Source: an uncultured Verrucomicrobiae bacterium (GTDB lineage Bacteria > Verrucomicrobiota > Verrucomicrobiia > Limisphaerales > Palsa-1400). Taken from it: a DNA stretch of 64,000 nt. The translations under genes were made by a program, and so were the position numbers. Where the stretch lies: NCBI GenBank assembly GCA_963707025.1, contig CAVPOM010000002.1, positions 1 through 64,000 on the forward strand, in the 5' to 3' direction. The notes under the pieces are model-generated. The model had not been told where the DNA came from and did no database searches. It saw only the letters and a list, made by a program, of their open reading frames with translations. Below, piece after piece: positions 61,859-64,000 of the stretch (position 1 is the first letter of the stretch; each line of letters opens with the position of its first letter).

Positions 61859-62056
61859 TCGACTATCAGACCTTCCATCAGATCCGGCAGTTATGCGACC
61901 AGGAACACCTGTCGATCCCGCAGATTGCCGCCGCCTTGCATCTGGATGAGCGGACGGTGAGCAAATGGATCGACTGCAAAACATATCAGCCGCGAACGCC
62001 CGCTCAACGCGCCAGCAAGCTCGATCCGCACAAAGGCGCTGTGGTCCGACTCTTGG
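61855..62056 (+). pseudogene. IS21 IstA transposase N-terminal remnant
   Basis: MIDYQTFHQIRQL...LSIPQIAAALHLDERTVSKW...RASKLDPHK; similarity ends after ~67 codons, no DDE domain. Confidence 0.75.
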
Positions 62057-63030
62057 CCGCGATGGTGGACGACGGCATGGAGGTGACGCGCGGGCTGAAC
62101 CGGAGGCCGGGCAGCACGAGCGCCGCATGGCCGTCATCATGGAAACGCCAGCGCTGGAATGGGTTACCGATAATATTGTACAAAGTATGGGTGTTTTAAC
62201 ACCTCCGAAGATGTAACGGCATGTAACGGGGGTGTAACGGCTCTAAAATGCGTAAGTGCTTGTGGTGCAACAGGTGTAACGATGTAACGGCTGTAACGGA
62301 GCAATGGTCCCCTTCCGCTTGACTTCACCGTCATACCCAATGTGTGTAACGATGTAACGGCTGTTTCCGAGCAATGGTCGAATAAAGGGGTCAGTTAATG
62401 GTATTGTCATATTTTATCAAATGGGTCAGACCGTAGCTTTGTCCAATAAAATGCGTAATAGCCTGCAAATCATTGAGTTATAGATGGGTCTATACAGGCC
62501 CAATATGCCCTCTCACCATGACACCCGTGCGATGCGACCGCCCTGAGAAACCGCGCCCCACTGCCCTTGCGCCACCCTTCTTGCCATTTATCATTTAGCC
62601 TTTAGCCTTTATAATTTATCATTTTGCCTTTCCCACCCCCCTCCCCTCCGCGCATTCCTTCATTCGTAATTTATCCTTTATAATTTATAATTTTCCATTC
62701 CCCTGGCCGCGATGGTGGGCGACGGCAGGGAGGTGAGGCGAGGGCTGAACTGGAGGCCGGGCAGCACGAGCGCCGCATGGCCGTCATCATGGAAACGGCA
62801 GCGCTGGAAGGGGTTACCGATAATATTGTGCAAAGCATGGGTGTTTTAACACCTCCGAAGATGTAACGGCATGTAACGGGGGTGTAACGGCTCTAAAATG
62901 CGTAAGTGCTTGTGGTGCAACAGGTGTAACGATGTAACGGCTGTAACGGAGCAATGGTCCCCTTCCGCTTGACTTCACCGTCATACCCAATGTGTGTAAC
63001 GATGTAACGGCTGTTTCCGAGCAATGGTCG
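62054..63030 (+). repeat. 327-bp direct repeat (62054-62380 and 62704-63030), each with eight TGTAACG units
   Basis: Copies offset by 650 bp; 9 mismatches, all in the first ~135 bp; remainder identical. Confidence 0.95.
62586..62700. repeat. Degenerate heptamer tandem repeats
   Basis: ATTTATC ATTTAGC CTTTAGC CTTTATA ATTTATC ATTTTGC and CATTCGT AATTTAT CCTTTAT AATTTAT AATTTTC. Confidence 0.75.
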
Positions 63031-63111
63031 CGAGCGGACCCCCTGCGCTGCTTCCAGCGGTTGTCCTGACGGAACAAATCCACTGAAAACAGCGAAGGAC
63101 CTATAATCGGG

Positions 63112-63328
63112 TTGCCCGTCCCAGGTTCGCCGAAGGGCAATTGTGGCAATGTCTTCGCCAAAAAAGGTTGGGCTTGCCTGCCGCCCTCAAAGTAGTAGGT
63201 ACTCATGCAGGATATGAAACCGGCATTATTCAACAACTCGGCGCGGCGGGAGAGGCGTCAATCCAAGGCGGCCAGGCGCCTGACCACCGCCCAAATGTTC
63301 CCCCGCCCCGCCAATTCTTGATGACATG
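63112..63328 (+). other. Diverged duplicate of the upstream region and first 38 codons of the 52505 carboxyltransferase gene
   Basis: ATG at 63214 reads [30 protein letters not shown] versus MKPVLFNNTVLRDGHQSMAATRMTTAQMLP; 69/84 nt identical over 28 codons; upstream blocks also align. Confidence 0.9.
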
Positions 63329-64000
63329 CATTCGCTGGCACCAGATGCAGGGACGGTCGAGGATTTTGTTGCCGGCGTGCTCGCCGGCGACCACGCCGTC
63401 CTCGCCCGCGCCATTACCTTGATCGAAAGCCTGTCTCCCCGGCACGAGGAAAAGGCCCAGGAAGTCTTGCAGCGCCTTCTGCCTCACACCGGCCAGGCCA
63501 AACGCATTGGCATCACCGGCGCCCCGGGCGTGGGCAAAAGCACCTTTATCGAGGCCTTGGGCTCTCATTTGATCAACCAGGGCCATGCCGTGGCCGTCCT
63601 GACCATTGATCCCACCAGCAAACGTTCCGGCGGCAGCATCCTCGGCGACAAGACCCGCATGGAGAATCTCAGCCGGCAAACGCGGGCCTTCATTCGTCCC
63701 TCCCCGGCCGGGGACAGTGTTGGCGGCGTGGCTCGTCGCACCCGCGAATCCATCCTCCTGTGCGAAGCCGCTGGTTTCGATCCGGTCCTGGTCGAAAGTT
63801 TGGGCGTCGGGCAGAGCGAGGTCGCTCTGCGGGCCATGGTGGACTACTTTTTGTTGCTCTTGCTGCCGGGCGCCGGAGACGAATTGCAGGGCATCAAAAG
63901 AGGCATCATCGAAATGGCCGATGACATCCTTGTCAATAAAGCAGACGGCGAGAATCGGCCGCGGGCCGAACAAGCCCGCCTGGAACAGCAGGCCTCTCTG
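63326..64000 (+). CDS. meaB: Methylmalonyl-CoA mutase-associated GTPase MeaB/ArgK (runs off the window end)
   Basis: Translated by hand: [76 protein letters not shown]. Confidence 0.93.
   Translation, partial: MHSLAPDAGTVEDFVAGVLAGDHAVLARAITLIESLSPRHEEKAQEVLQRLLPHTGQAKRIGITGAPGVGKSTFIEALGSHLINQGHAVAVLTIDPTSKRSGGSILGDKTRMENLSRQTRAFIRPSPAGDSVGGVARRTRESILLCEAAGFDPVLVESLGVGQSEVALRAMVDYFLLLLLPGAGDELQGIKRGIIEMADDILVNKADGENRPRAEQARLEQQASL

Larger units (their letters stand above)
60763..62053 (+). mobile_element. Truncated IS21-like element with two passenger ORFs
   Basis: TG-starting end (TGACTGAGACCGCC...) then a pyrimidine-rich leader, two overlapping ORFs and an IstA-type N-terminus that stops at the duplicated block; left boundary inferred. 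Confidence 0.6.

Noticed and set aside
62211..63010. CRISPR array
   Set aside because: Units are 7-10 bp without unique ~30-bp spacers, and no cas genes are present.
62054..63030. DGR template/variable repeat pair (with the four-helix-bundle gene as Avd)
   Set aside because: The 9 mismatches are not adenine-specific on either strand, there is no reverse transcriptase, and the Avd-like gene is 37 kb away.

Overview
GC-rich bacterial chromosomal segment, most likely Verrucomicrobiota. This is an inference from the secreted CAZyme with a C-terminal ...FYRL tail, the PocR-AraC regulator and the pseudopilin-type genes. From left to right it contains: (1) a complete IS66 element; (2) a carbohydrate-active block (GH16, GH20-like, GH3, GH101/129-like, Gfo/Idh/MocA oxidoreductases, enolase-superfamily enzyme) plus a DUF5989-carbamoyltransferase-SxtJ trio; (3) a complete hdrCBA-mvhDGA-protease operon interrupted by a four-helix-bundle gene bracketed by heptamer-built inverted repeats; (4) GH92, malic enzyme and ald; (5) a USP/radical SAM/PocR-AraC/cNMP/DUF2934 cluster; (6) a CusCBA-type metal efflux operon with an ORF6N gene inside it; (7) GH109-like and ArsR-SRPBCC genes; (8) a transcarboxylase-5S-like/mutA/mutB operon with many single-base frameshifts; (9) a ~4.7 kb accessory patch; and (10) meaB, which runs off the window end. 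The patch holds REP-like palindromes, a 92-bp MITE, a PD-(D/E)XK nuclease-like gene, a truncated IS21-like element and a 327-bp direct duplication carrying TGTAACG arrays. Notable unannotated structure: meaB sits behind a diverged duplicate of the upstream region and first 38 codons of the 5S-like gene; the MITE has two copies with different 3-bp target duplications; and the four-helix-bundle gene forms an IR-flanked cassette. No rRNA, tRNA or CRISPR array was seen. Product calls come from motif recognition by eye, not database searches.
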